Shown: in pieces, positions 1 through 12,800 of the stretch
How positions within the stretch are numbered: position 1 is the first letter of the stretch
Layout: every line of letters begins with the position of its first letter
DNA from: Cladosporium halotolerans
Taxonomy: Eukaryota
NCBI RefSeq assembly: GCF_011745625.1
Contig: NW_027191459.1
Span: 434,001 to 498,000 of the forward strand
DNA length: 64,000 nucleotides
Direction of reading: 5' to 3'
Position numbers and translations under genes: made by a program
The notes under the pieces: generated by a model
What the model saw: the letters and a program-made list of their open reading frames with translations, nothing else
Told to the model about the DNA's origin: nothing
Databases searched by the model: none

Positions 1-1087
1 TGTGTGAGCAGCTGCTCGATCTCTGCCCTGACCGTCTTTTGTATTTGTTGATTTCTTGAGCTACTCTGTTCAGTCGAGTCGTCCTTTTTGCTTTGAGTTT
101 CGATCTTCTGGAGCTCTGTACGCCGCTCGTGCATGGCTGTGTTGCAAGCGAGCATCTCTGTGACCTCCTTCACATTTGTTCGTACTGCAATCTTGACGTC
201 CTGTGCGTATTTCTCTGCCAGCATTTGGGCGATCTCAGCATAAGAGCGTTGCTGGATATCCTCAAGCCCATCGCTTTGTAAGACTTCGGGCAGCGTTGGA
301 ACGGCACCATCCTTCCGGCGCATAGCCGCGTGCTGCATAACCGCGTAGTCAAGCGTAGCAAGGAGCCTCGGGTTTGTCAAGATGGCCCAGTGAAGCTCGA
401 GTAGCTGTGCGAGATCCCAGACGCTTACGGGTGTATTGTGGTTGTCGTTCATGCCATGTTCATGCAGAATGATTCCACCCTGCTCCATTCGCTGGCCATA
501 CCGAGATTTCAGATCATGATAGAGAAACGTGATCTCGCCGACGACTGCGTAGAAGATGCCTGCCCACTGAGCCAACGGTAGCATGTTAGAGGTAGGGAGG
601 GTTGGAAGGTCGCATTCGGAAAAATCTTCGGATTTGTTCGGATCGATGTCTCTGAACCATGGCGGCAACGATGATAGATGTTCGAGTGGAAGGGAAGTAT
701 TGCTGCGACACCCGTAGTTGACGTACGACTCAGCCCTCGACGGCACGATGCGGTGGACGGCGCACAAGAACCAGCCCAAGGGTGTCTCGCCCGTGCGAAC
801 CTATCTGGTCAGTGGAATCTATGGAAAAATACTAAAGGCGAATATACCCGTTGATGATAGTCTGGCGTGAACTTTTGTTGTTCGTAAATAGCTGTAGCAG
901 CTTTCTTGATAGATTCTTGAACTTTGCGATCGGAAAAAGGGTGCACAGCGCCTTTGAGCATCTGGGCGCGGTGGTTGAGGAAGTCAAGATCGCCTTCAAG
1001 ACCATGGAGGACAACCGCGACGCCAGTGGACGTCCTATACTCGAGCGTCATAGTAGGAGCGATCAGCATGGACTGCTTTGCGCACAA
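1..1087 (-). CDS. Hypothetical protein, partial (runs off the left edge; true 5' end uncertain)
   Basis: Stop-free minus-strand frame from 800 to 1 (VRTGETPLGWFLCAVHRIVP...RAEIEQLLT, about 266 codons). It is absent from the ORF track because it has no stop in the window. It joins in phase 0 to the upstream exon (...FTPDYHQR) through a GTATAT...CTGAC...TAG intron at 801-847. No family recognised. Confidence 0.65.
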
Positions 1088-2443
1088 CGGTTCTTGGCGT
1101 CGAGGCTTGAGAAGGAGCTCGATTGGAGGGATTGGTCAGAGTCAGTGTCGATAATAACTATCGGTAAAGCTTGACTTAGCTTGCTGTAGTTATGTGCTAT
1201 AGGTGCAATTGCGTGCGGCCAAGCGTTGAGGCGTGTTCTGCGCAGAGTGAAAGGCTTTGGTGAAGTGAGGTTAGATAGAGGTGCTGGACTTGGGTGGCTG
1301 CGGGAGTCCGGGCTTCGCGGTGGGCTTCCTGGACTGCGATTGCCTCAAAGTACCACAGTCTTCCTGGGTCGATAGTTGCAGAGACAGGGTCGTATGCTGG
1401 TAGTAGGTATCCAGGTTGTTCGTCGCCGACAGGTGGTCAATCGTATGTGTCGTGAGAAACGTCGGGAAGGATATATGCAAGGAAGTCGCTCACATGTGAC
1501 ATGTGACAGAGCGATTCAATATGTGGAGCCGGTCGGGAGGTGGAGTAGACGCCTTTAATGATTTCAAGGACCATCTGGAGCAGCAGTAGCATGCAGAGGA
1601 GTCCATGCCATGGCCGGAGTGATACGCAACCTGATCGAAGTTCCAAACGATTGGTCCATGTCAAACACTCCTCTGATGGCTATTGCACCGAACGGCGCTT
1701 TGTGCAAAACCAAAAGTCACAGAGTCGTTTTGTAATTTGGAATGGAGATCATCAGGGGCTCTCTCCGGTGGTCGTGCGTTGAGCGCATAGTTCGCGATTG
1801 TAGCTGCTGTGCTTCTGGAGTGGGTGATGCGGAGAAGTGAGCGGCGGCATGGATGAGTGGCGTCTCAACATCGTCGGATCGCAGCTTGAATACGTGACAT
1901 CTTACCTGACCTCACTCTTGTCCAGCAGTGAACGACGTTGTAAGCCGCCCATCGCGAAAAGATGCAATTGAGTGAGAGAACAAAAGTCGGAATGTACCCA
2001 TACGGAAGCAGCCTCTTCACAACAGCCTGCATTATAACACCAGAACGACGAACCAATGTTCATTCCTACTTTATGAATAGAACTGAGCTTGCCAATTGAT
2101 GTTGCCTGATCAAAACAAGATGAGAAGATGAGGTAAGGACGAAGTGAGGTTTGACGGCTGCCAAGGATCGTCGGCTTTCGCCTGAGGCAACAAATAATTC
2201 AACAAATGATACATCGCAGATACAATCATAAGGGCACTGTAGCTAAATCGTACAACTGACTTTCGATCATTTGCTTATTGGTCATATGAGTGCTAAAGAT
2301 GATCAAGCTTCGATACCGCTTTGGTTCTACACTGCATGTCTGGTGCGGAAGAGCACATGAATCCCTTTCACGACTGTGTCTTATCATACACGGACGGTAT
2401 ATTTACAGTGATTACAGTAATTCACAATGATAGTGACCGCGGC

Positions 2444-3688
2444 TCATTCGTCTGTGCTCTCCTTGCGTTGCCGCTGTTTCTTGAAGACTCCCAAGAATCC
2501 GCCACCGACGATCCGATCGCCAACTTTCGGCCTGCAGACCATCGACCATTTTCCTTCCGGGTCCGACGGAGCAGTCATCTCTTGTGCAAGCTGGGCTTGC
2601 TCCCGTTCTCCTTCCGGCTGCGCCTCGACCATGTCACTGTCTCGATCTTCGCTTTGCTCAGCTGATGTTTCAGCTGCTTCTTGCAGCTTCTGCGCACGTG
2701 GTTTTACAGGCCTCACGTCCCATTCTCTACCTCCTGATCCACCATTGACACCCAACTCGACGACTTTTTCCAGATCAAGAGGAATGCCGTCCTGTTTGAT
2801 CTTGAGAGCGCACTCATTAACCTGAGTGACGCTTGGGTTGAACACGATCAACGTGCCATCCACCCGGAGCGCTTTCGCAACAGTCTCGATGTGCGTGTCT
2901 GCGTTCGGTAGATCGAGGAAAGCGTGTGAGAGGAAAGGCTCACTCTCCCGGTCATTAAGAGCCTTGCTGGTCCAGTCGCTAACAGATCCGACGTTGAAGT
3001 CGATATTATGCAAGTATTGCCCGTGGCGAAACGCTGCAATTGTTTTACGCGCGTGGTTCGAGTATTGATGTGCAACGTCAATGGTGTGGAGGACTGCCTT
3101 CCTTTGATTCTTCCACTCTAGAATTTTCGCCTCCATGCTCTCAGCATCTTCATCTGGTCCGGGTCTCGGTCTAGGTGGATTCGCAGCGTGGATCGCCCGA
3201 CTGATATAGATCGTGAGGCTGCCATGTCCAGTGCCCGCCTCGAGTATCTCCAGCTTCTCGTCAGCCGGATTCTGAGCATCATACACATCGGGATGCAAGT
3301 CCAGCAAGTTTACAATCAAATTTGCGTCTGCAGGGTATATGGGCGTGACCAGTCTCTTACTCAACCGAACGTGCTCATCCAGCGTCACGTCTTGAATCCT
3401 GAAGTCTTGTCCAGCTTTGCCTAGCCTGGATGTAGCCGTACGAACGAGTTCTCGCACACGGTTGCCAATTATATCATCTTGTTGTATTATTCCTTTGTGC
3501 GTCTCTATTCTTCCGCCAGCTTTGAGAGGGCCACGGTAAACGGGCGGAGCGGTACGATCGCGCGTCTGCCGAAGGATAACATAGTCGCCCTCAGCGAATG
3601 GCCGGCCTGCGGAGTTGTGACGGCATCGATGGTTAGGAAGCTTAAGACCGCGACCAGCACGGTAATACCGATGCCACGGGAGGCTCAT
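2444..3688 (-). CDS. tRNA (adenine58-N1)-methyltransferase catalytic subunit, Trm61/GCD14 family, probably mitochondrial type
   Basis: 414-aa intronless ORF with VTPIYP, SAM motif ILEAGTGHGSLT, FLDLP and FNPSVTQV. The N-terminus is Arg-rich and lacks acidic residues. Confidence 0.85.
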   Translation of the reverse strand: MSLPWHRYYRAGRGLKLPNHRCRHNSAGRPFAEGDYVILRQTRDRTAPPVYRGPLKAGGRIETHKGIIQQDDIIGNRVRELVRTATSRLGKAGQDFRIQDVTLDEHVRLSKRLVTPIYPADANLIVNLLDLHPDVYDAQNPADEKLEILEAGTGHGSLTIYISRAIHAANPPRPRPGPDEDAESMEAKILEWKNQRKAVLHTIDVAHQYSNHARKTIAAFRHGQYLHNIDFNVGSVSDWTSKALNDRESEPFLSHAFLDLPNADTHIETVAKALRVDGTLIVFNPSVTQVNECALKIKQDGIPLDLEKVVELGVNGGSGGREWDVRPVKPRAQKLQEAAETSAEQSEDRDSDMVEAQPEGEREQAQLAQEMTAPSDPEGKWSMVCRPKVGDRIVGGGFLGVFKKQRQRKESTDE

Positions 3689-4091
3689 GTAGGCTGATGA
3701 GAATATGGCGGGTACTGCTTAGGTCACACGACTGATTTCAATGTTCTCTAGTTACAAAAGCGGCCAGACTTTCTCGGCGGCCCTGTGATCGGCGCGAGGC
3801 AGAGCTTCGTCCGGGGTTGGCGGGAGTTTCACAAGCCAGTCGAACCCTGGTGGCTGCAGCTGGCCTTGTGGAGAGCTGGAGACCCTCTCGCATCGCTCAC
3901 GCTCGCGTGCACCGTCACACCCTCCTCGTGCGATCCATTGCCAACACGAGTGAGTGTAGGGATGTGCTTGCTGTGAAGAGTGGCTATGGCGCGTGTCGAT
4001 TCTGCCCTACTGCAAACAAAGCGACGTTGAAATCTATCACCCTTATCCTCGTACAGCGCACCGAGACTGAGTGGGAGACTCAAACGTCAAA

Positions 4092-5867
4092 ATGGCTAAA
4101 CGAATCGTAAGCAAAGCTCGTCAATAGCATCCTTCTGTAACACCAAGCTGATCTTCTGTCAAGACTCGCGCGCTCACGCAGGTCTGCGCCTTCGTCGCGA
4201 TCGTCTGCCTGCTCGTCTTCATCGCCGACTCACGCTACCGCGTCCTCCCCACAAGCATACACTCCGCTCTGCCTACCCACCGCGACGGGTTTGTCATTAC
4301 CGACGTTACCATCACATTCTGCTCTTCAGTTAACCCTCTTTCAACATGTCGCTTGGACCCGGATGTATGGCATCGTGTCGAGAAGGATTTGTATTTGAAC
4401 TCAGGGTGGGTCAAGAGCGCATGGGTACACATTCAGAGGAAGAAGGAGGAAGAGTTGACGGCTGAAGATAAGATTGTGGTAGGTGTCAAAATCGGGCGGT
4501 TGGATCCAGGCGTGGGAGAGAAAGGCCAACAGGGCGAGAAATGGGAAAGCAGACCAGGCGGCATTTGGCTTCTCCGAAGCAACCACCGACATGACAGCGA
4601 TTCGGACAAAGCTGTCACCAGCGTGGACGTTCTATACGGGTCGGACGCGATCGACCCTAGGCCAGGATGGAAACTGGCTCAAACACCGCTTTTGATTGAT
4701 GCCGACAAAAACCTTCTGCCTCCTCGACTGTCCACGCGCAACGGAAAGCCACATACCGAGCACAAGGAAGTCGTGCCTCGAGTAAGGAAAGACGGCAAGT
4801 TCAAGATCCTCCAGGTCTCAGACGCCCACTTAGCGACGGGCGTAGGCGTCTGCAGGGACGCCATTGATGCTTCAGGAAAGGTAGTACCAGCAGAGAATTG
4901 CGAAGCAGACACTCGCACCCTGGATTTTATCGAGCGGATTCTGGACTCGGAAGCTCCAGACCTTGTTGTACTCTCTGGTGATCAGGTTGAAGGACCGTTG
5001 GCTCCCGATACCCAGAGCGCGATCTTTAAGGTCGTAGCCCCTATGATCGAGCGCTCGATTCCTTACGCTGCTATTTTCGGCAATCACGATGACGAAGGCG
5101 GACATTTGTCGCGTCAGGCACAAATGTCGCTCATGCAGACTCTCCCTTTCGGGCTGTCGCAGCCAGGCCCAGAGCAGGTGGCTGGCGTAGGAAATTACTA
5201 CATTGAAGTACTTTCTCCGTCAAGCCATCACAGCGCCATCACGCTTTATTTGTTAGACACACACAGCCTCACGCCAGACGAGAAGAGGTACAAAGGCTAT
5301 GATTGGCTGAAGGACTCACAAATCGAATGGTTCAAGTCTACATCCGAAGGCTTGAAGCAAGCACACAAGAAGTACTCACACATCCATCTCGACCTAGCGT
5401 TCATCCACATCCCGCTGCCAGAATACAGAGAGAAGGACCTGATCGTCAAAGGCGGCGCCTGGAAAGAGGGCGTCACAGCACCCAACTTCAACTCGCATTT
5501 CTACGATGCACTCGTCGACGCAGGAGTCGTCGCAGTCGGTTGCGGACACGATCACGTCAACGACTACTGCGCACTGAGGCCACCGCCTGCAGCGAACGCT
5601 GGCCGCGACACGGAATCTGAGCCTCAAACACCACACACCGGCCACAGACCACATCTAGGCCCTTGGATGTGCTACGCCGGCGGGTCCGGATTCGGAGGCT
5701 ATGCTGGATATGGCGGCTTCCACCGCCGGGTGAGAGTTTGGGAGGTCGACACCAACTCTGGTCGCGTTGTAACGTGGAAGCGCGTCGAGTGCTGCGGGCA
5801 GGATACCGAGAAGCGGATTGATGAGCTTATGATTGTCGATGGCGGGCGAGTGGTGGATGGCATATGA
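4092..5867 (+). CDS. Dcr2-like calcineurin-like metallophosphoesterase with N-terminal membrane anchor (exons 4092-4106, 4164-5867)
   Basis: Motifs QVSDAH, LSGDQ, FGNHD, HIP and GHDH. ATG GCT AAA CGA ATC|GTAAGC...CTGAT...AAG| joins in frame to a hydrophobic segment (QVCAFVAIVCLLVFIA) and the 4353 ORF. Confidence 0.88.
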
Positions 5868-6405
5868 TGGGGCACAAGAGACTGGGCTGTTTTGATATGG
5901 AGATGGCTTTGGGATTAGGCCAAATGGAATGGCGTGCTTGGGAGCGAGGCGTTAACGGTGTGTTGAATGAAATTTCGGACCTTGTGTTGAAGTAAAAGTT
6001 GGGTCGCAAATATAGGCTCTTCCCCTCTCGCCTGAAGTTCTAGATGTATCAGAATCTCCTTGAAGTGTACGATGTCAAAATAGGTCTACTTCCTTGTTGG
6101 TCGCAAGAATGGGGCGTCGAGTTTGGTGAAACAGACGGGCAGAGAAACGTCGATTCACACAGATCTTCGGAAAACAACGCATTACACGGCAGATGAAAAG
6201 ACCAAATCGTTAATTGGCATAGTGCTTCCCTGGAAGTTGAAGAAAGGGGAGGCGTAAGTTCAGGTACTTTGGTTCATGATGTTGGCGCTCCAGCTCCCGA
6301 AGCGCGCAGTCCCCGCTTTGAGTGCGAGCGAGCCCAGCTGTGACACTTCTTCACGACCCCACGTCCGCCTCCAACTACATACCTCAAACCTCGAATACCG
6401 TAAGC

Positions 6406-6717
6406 ATGGACGCGCCAAATTCTGCCTCTAATGCATCGGCATATCTGTCTGGCTTCCTGAATCGCACGCTCCATCTTCACACGACCGATGGGCGCATGTT
6501 CGCGGGCCAAATGAAATGCACCGATCCAGAGCGCAACATCATCCTTTCCATGACGCACGAATACCGACAACCTTCAGAAGCGGACGTCAAGCTGGCTGCA
6601 GAGAGACACAAGAGGTCAGGTAAAAATGGAAATGTCAAAGTCGACATGAAGAAGCGTTTCGTCGGGCTGGTGGTGGTGCCTGGAAAATACATCACGAAGA
6701 TTGAAGTTGAGGAGTGA
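6406..6717 (+). CDS. LSM/Sm-fold protein, probably NatC auxiliary subunit (Mak31/NAA38-like)
   Basis: 103 aa from the ATG at 6406, with Sm1 motif (LNRTLHLHTTDGRMFAGQMKCTDPERNIILS) and Sm2 motif (RFVGLVVVPGKYITKIEV). Confidence 0.8.
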   Translation: MDAPNSASNASAYLSGFLNRTLHLHTTDGRMFAGQMKCTDPERNIILSMTHEYRQPSEADVKLAAERHKRSGKNGNVKVDMKKRFVGLVVVPGKYITKIEVEE

Positions 6718-6825
6718 GACGATGTCATATCTTTGTCACGAAAAATCCGGGAAATGCCTATATGAAATTTCTGGGAAAGACTCGCTAGAACGCTACAAAA
6801 GAGACAAAGGGTGTGGGCAGCCGCA

Positions 6826-9800
6826 CTAATCGCCGAGATACACTGGCACGCCATACACGACGGGCGCGGCGCCGTTCAAATACCGCAGATAACAGGCGTC
6901 CCGACTCTTGGCCACAGCGCCCGGAAGGCTGGCTTGAGAGTCCTGGTCCTTCGCTTTCGAGCGGCTACGACTCCTTGCCGGGGTTTTCGCTCCGCTGGGT
7001 GTCTTCTTCGTCCTTGGCGTCTTAGGTGTCTTTGGCACCTGCTGAGGGGTGGAGGGCGCAACAAGCCTTTCACGTTTCTTGGGAGTCTTCGAAGGAAGCT
7101 TGCTAGGTTCTGCTGGAGGTGCCCAAAGACCCCACTCCTCGCCGACCGTAAGGGAGAAACGGTCGATATCCTTGTCAGTGACATCCCAGAGCGTCGCAAC
7201 AACGGCCAGGCATCTGCTTTTTTGTTCCAGGTCTTCTTGCGATGCCGCAGATGCGCTTCTGTGGCCTGCGTTCAGATAGGCCAAGGGCACTGCTTGGGGC
7301 TCCAGCTCTCCATACTCGGTAACGGCTCCAGACGAACAGCCCATCAGCCAGACGACTTCGCTGCATGACTCCAGCTTCTTGATGGCTCTGGGACGGATGT
7401 ACTGCGACCCAGCGCCGTGACCGAAGTACAATGTCATTGCGGCTTTCTCTAGCGCAGCCTTGAAGTCATCCTCGCTCGGCGCTTTGTTGACGACGGAAGA
7501 CCAATCAGCACCGTCTACTGCGGCAGCCTTTGATAGAGCTGGTTCGAGCACTGTCTGTGTGCTTGTCAGGTCCGAAGATGGGTTCAGGATATAAGCTCCG
7601 GATTTGCGAGAGACCAAGTGGCGGCCTTCAGCGTCGATCTGGGCACGCATGCTGGCGATGCAATCACGAAGGGAGAGCATACTGCCCACTCTGCTCACGC
7701 TGATGCCTTCGAGGCACGGCAAGTTCTCCCATGGGAAGGCTTGCAGACGCTTGTCGAGCACGAGGACAATGTGTTGACTCTCATCATCCTGGGCTTCACT
7801 GGCTTCATGATAGGACCTCAATGCATCAAGCACTTCGACCGTCATTTCATCGAAATCCACTTCATCGTAAGCGTTGCGCTCTCCGTTGAACTGCAGCATG
7901 TCCACCACGAAGTACAGTAGATCCGATATCGGCTCATCCAGATCAACCGTGCCGTCGTTGTCGCTCCCGAGGTTAATGAACAGCTCTAGAACATTGTGAT
8001 CCAGCGCCAACTTCGCACCGCGGCCCTTGGCTGCCTGACGTGAGGGCAAATGTCGGTCAAGAGCCGCCTCGAAAGACGCTCGGAACCGAGCAAGTAGTTC
8101 AGGCTGCCTTACACGAGGCGAAAAGACACCTTTGAAGCCACCGAACCACATCTCCTCGACATTGATCAATAGCTCCTGGAGTCGTCGGTCGAGGGCCTCA
8201 CGCTCGTTCCACCAATTGCTTTTGGCGCCTTTAGCGGACAGATCGCCGTTACTGTGGCAGCTTGCGTTTGACAGCTGGATGATCTCGCGCAGCTCTTCCT
8301 TTCCCGCTGCGTAATCGAAGACTTCGTCTCCAATCTCTTCGTCCTGGTGTCGTGAGAATGGAAGCCGGACGATGAACGGCGTGTGGTTCGCTCGATAGCG
8401 TGCAACGTATAAGGACGTACATGCTTCGTCTAGGTAGAGAGATATCGCAGTCCAAGGCTTGGGGATGGTGTTGATGTACTCCTCTTGGAAGGTTGCCGTG
8501 TTCAACTGAGGCTCGTGTGTGCTTGCTTCAAATGTCGGCCATTCGAATGGCGTGTTCCGGTGCTCATGGCTTGCGTCAACTATACTTGCGGTTCTTTCGA
8601 AGTTGAGAGCGTTGATTCGGGAAAAGTCCAAGGCTAATGCTGCTTGAGTTGGGAAGGGATTAGCCTCGACTGCAGTGCCGTCGACTGATGAGCAGAGTAT
8701 TGAGACGTCGAGCAATTTCCCTGCCTCATTGTGTGTTTCAGCCGTGGAGAGGTGTTGCGAGATTGACGTGTGACCTGAGAGCAAACAGTTGCGAGCCTCG
8801 ATGAGAGTGTCTTTGAAGCTCGACTTAGCCGTAGTCTTGCGCGGGCCCGCTCTGCCTTTCGGTTTTGTTGATACCGCCTTCTTACTTGCAGGAGCTGTTT
8901 CCGTCTTGCTGTCACTTTCAGCAGGCCGAAGCAGTGCCGGAAAGGAAAGCGTGGAGTCCAGAAGAATGTTGTACGCGAAGTCTGTCTGCATCTCCCTTGT
9001 CGCCGTAGCCATCAGTCGATTGTAATGGGTGTGGCGTTCCTTCAATTTCCAAGAAGCAGCGGTCATCGGTGCAATACTTTCGGATATCTCTTTTTCGCCT
9101 TTGCCCTCTTCAACTCCGAGCATCGCTCTATGGAAAACAATGATAGCTTTTCTTTTCTGCGCCAGATAGGGCAAAGCTTCATCGTGTACTACCTTTTTGG
9201 ACTGAGTTGACGATTTCTTGGGCACCTGCGTAGTCTTCTTTCCGGTCTTGCCTGATCGTGCCGTGGACCGTCCTGTCTTCGCAGGGGTGGTCGATGATGC
9301 TTTGGCTGGTCGAGATGCTGGCCCGTCGGTCTCGACAGGCCCACAAAGACTTTCCATTTTCGACTTGAAGCATTCAGTCTCCATGTTCGAGAGCAACTTC
9401 AAAGCCTCGTCATAATGTTCGGCAGCTTCTTCGGGCGATCCATCTTTGACACGGACAGCGGCCTGTGCCTGCAGGCGTTCCACCGACGCCAATGGAGCGC
9501 TGCACAAATCAGTGGCCTCGCTGCTCACGAGACACAGCTCCGCCTCCTCGACTTTTCCAGCCAGGCTCAAAAACACCGCACGGTGGCTTCTGATCCGAGA
9601 AAGTAATACAGACGAGCCCACTGACTCTGCAGTTTCGGCTGCCTTGCAGCTGTAATAGTTCGCCTCCGAAAAGAGGCCGTGGTGTGCATACATGTCCGAT
9701 AGGTGCGTCAAAGATTTGCAAAGCAGAGGAACCAACGGCCAGAAGGCAGCACCTTTCGTCGCTGTCGGCGCCACTTTTGCGCCGTCCTTCGGTGACAATC

Positions 9801-12800
9801 GCAGCTTGCTGACACCAGTTGTGAGTTTCGTGACCTCGTTTTCCGCGGGCTCCGCTACCTCTTCCTCAACCTGCGATGCATCTGGAGTCTGTCCTTTCTC
9901 GAGCCGACACCAGGCACTATTGACAATCTTCACGGCATGCTTTGCGGCAGCGAGAGATTCGTGAGGCTCGCCACAAGCAAGCTTGTACAAGGACTGCACC
10001 AACCATCCTTCTCCGTGTGCTCTTTCGTACGCCCCACGTTGAGCTCTTTGAACGCCCTTGGGCTGCAAGTCATTTCTGAGCGATGCAGCAGCCTGGAGAG
10101 AGGATTTGCAACTGTCCAGGTTATCGATCGATAGGAGGTACTCCGCGTACGCCAGGTGCCACTCTATCTTAGTCAAAGTTGCTGTGCTGGCAGATGCGGC
10201 TTGCGCCTCCGACTGAGCCAGCACTGAGCCGGCCTTTTCGGAAAATCCCAGAGATAGCCATTGCTTCGCGATCTGAACAGAGGCCTCGACGGATTCTGTT
10301 GAGTTTGGTGGCTGGCAAGCAATTATCTTGGAGATGAGGGACAGCACAGGTAGGCGATGTGTGTCCTCTCCCAAAGATCCGAAGAAGGCTGCTATCGATC
10401 TCAAGGACATTGTCAAAGTCTCCGGATCGAAAATCTTCTCCTCGAGCTCGGTATGGCTCGAAATTCCGTACAGCAGACCTTGCCAGGTTTTCAGTACCGG
10501 CTGCAGATTACGCATAGATGGATTCCCCTTGTTCAAGATCTTAGCCAGTGTGAATGCCGCCTCAATATCCGAAGCATATTCACGGAGCCCTTCGTCTTTG
10601 GCGAGTTTCTCTAAGTTGAAAGGTGTCTCAACCCAGTCGCTGGCAAAGTCCATCGGGAATAGATGGGGATGCTCGTCGCACATTCGAAGCACATGTACCG
10701 CCAAATTGGCACGTCTGAGTGGGTGTTCGCTTGGTGCATACACTTCGTGCAGCTGTTGGATCAGCTGTGGCAGGAGCGATCTCAAGATTTTGTGGTGCCT
10801 AGACTTTGCAGCGTATTCCGTTGCGTTTTTGAGCTGACATTCAAGCAAAAGACCCCTTTCCAGGTTGCCGAGTGCCTTGTCGTCGTAGAAGTTATTAGCG
10901 GAACCCCTGTCCGACCCGCTTGTGATGGTGCGTGTCATGAGCAAACGCAATGCTCGTTCCAGAATGATACCATCGGAAGAGGATGCCCAAGCAAAATGTG
11001 AGGGCTTGCAGGCTACCGATGGTGTGATCGAAGCCAAAGCTCCTGTTTGTATTAGAATCTCAATAGTCTCGTTACTGATCCAGGATATTGACGATTCAGA
11101 AGATGTGCTTCGCTGGAGCGCGCTGTGAATGATACACCTGGCAGCAGAGAGACCTCGGCCAGGATATGACCGCACAAATCGTAGGGCAAAAGCAACGGAG
11201 AGGCTCGTGAGCTTCTGGAATTGGTCCAAATCTTCGAAGGAAGACGGGGGCTTCTTGTGCAAGCGTGACAGCTCGGCCAGCAGGAATTCGTAGTCAGACG
11301 TGCTTCCACACATTTTGCTCTGCAATCCTTCGAGTAGCTCACCGATGAGCACTGGAGATTCTTTGGTATCAAGTCTCGCCACACGCTTGACCACTGCAGC
11401 GATACGTTGCGCGTGGTTCGTTTCGAGGGTCTCACATTGTTCGGCTAATGCGTCTGACCATTTCCGAGCATGAGCATCTTCACCAGCTTCCTCGGCAAGG
11501 GAAGAGAGGGTACGCTGGATCGAAAGCAACGCTTTCGAATCCTTGGAGCCATTGTCGCTGATGATATCTCCAAAGCAATTGTTCACAGTTTCGTAGACTT
11601 GGCTTGGGCTCCGGCGCTCTCGTGATCTTCGGATAAATGCACTGATGCATCTAAGCACGGGGTCGAACATTTCGCGCTCCAAGTCGGCTTCGTGGCCTAC
11701 CATCTCCCACCATTGTTTGCGAATTTGCAGCCCGAGGCTTTGCAGCCGAATAACGGCCTCAGGTGCTGGACATATTTCCCGGTTGACTGCAGTCGCATCT
11801 GCTTTCGAGCTCAGACTTGGGCACATTCCTAGAATAGTGGAGGAGAGTGCTTCGAGAAGCCGGCCTGTCTTAGCTTTATCATCGTGCACAGCGTTCTGAA
11901 AATCAATAAGCTTGATTGGACTGCTGGGTTGCGAAGGGTCCAACAGCTCAGCACTCGCTTCGATAGTTGCTGGCTTGGAAGACGATGTTATGGCGCGGAG
12001 AACCAGGCTCTGGTAGGTGATGGCGAGAGGTAGGACCGAGCGTTGCTGCTCAAAATCGGCCTTCAGATGCAGAAGCCCTGCTAGTGTTTCCTTTTCTGGC
12101 GGCACGGCGGGCTTGGGTTTGCCAACTGCCTCCAGCCTTCCTTTCAGAATCCGCAATTCTTTGATCGCCAGAGAGTCCAATCCATGAGACATCAGCTTCC
12201 CAACCAAAGCCAGCATCCCGTTCTCCAGTTGCAGAGGGGGTAGCTCGCGGACGCCCAGTTGTTTCGTGTTCACAGAACGGAGAAACGAAAACGCTAGCCT
12301 CGAGCATTCGCCGGTGTGGAGTACGTGTGGTACAGGGCCAGTAATAGCAGTCGTTATCTGACGTGATGGCTTTTCTTCGCCACATCGTACCTTCTGAGGC
12401 GATGCATTCTCAGACCGCGGCTGCAAAGCTCGTTGCGACGCTGAAGATGCAGTGCGTCCAAGTTGCCTTGGGGTGACAGGCGTTGATTGTGTGTTGGTGT
12501 GATCGGAAGATTGCCTGCTTTCGAGTTTCGGTCGAGACTTGAGGGCGTCTGCTAGTTGCTTGAGGGTGATGTTTACGACTTCGGTAGCCAGCGAATATCG
12601 TTCCTTGGGTGCCAGCAATTGATTGCCATCTTTGTGGACTTCTATGGGGTTCGTTCCAGTCCTAGCTCTGGATCCAGTTTTCGCGCTTTTCGCGCCCACA
12701 TTAGCGGCAGATGCTGGTCTTTTGCCCGCTTGGATCGTTTTGGTTTTCGCGCAGTCCTTCGTTTTTGGCTCCGCGCTGAGCAGGCTTTGAAGTGTCGTTA

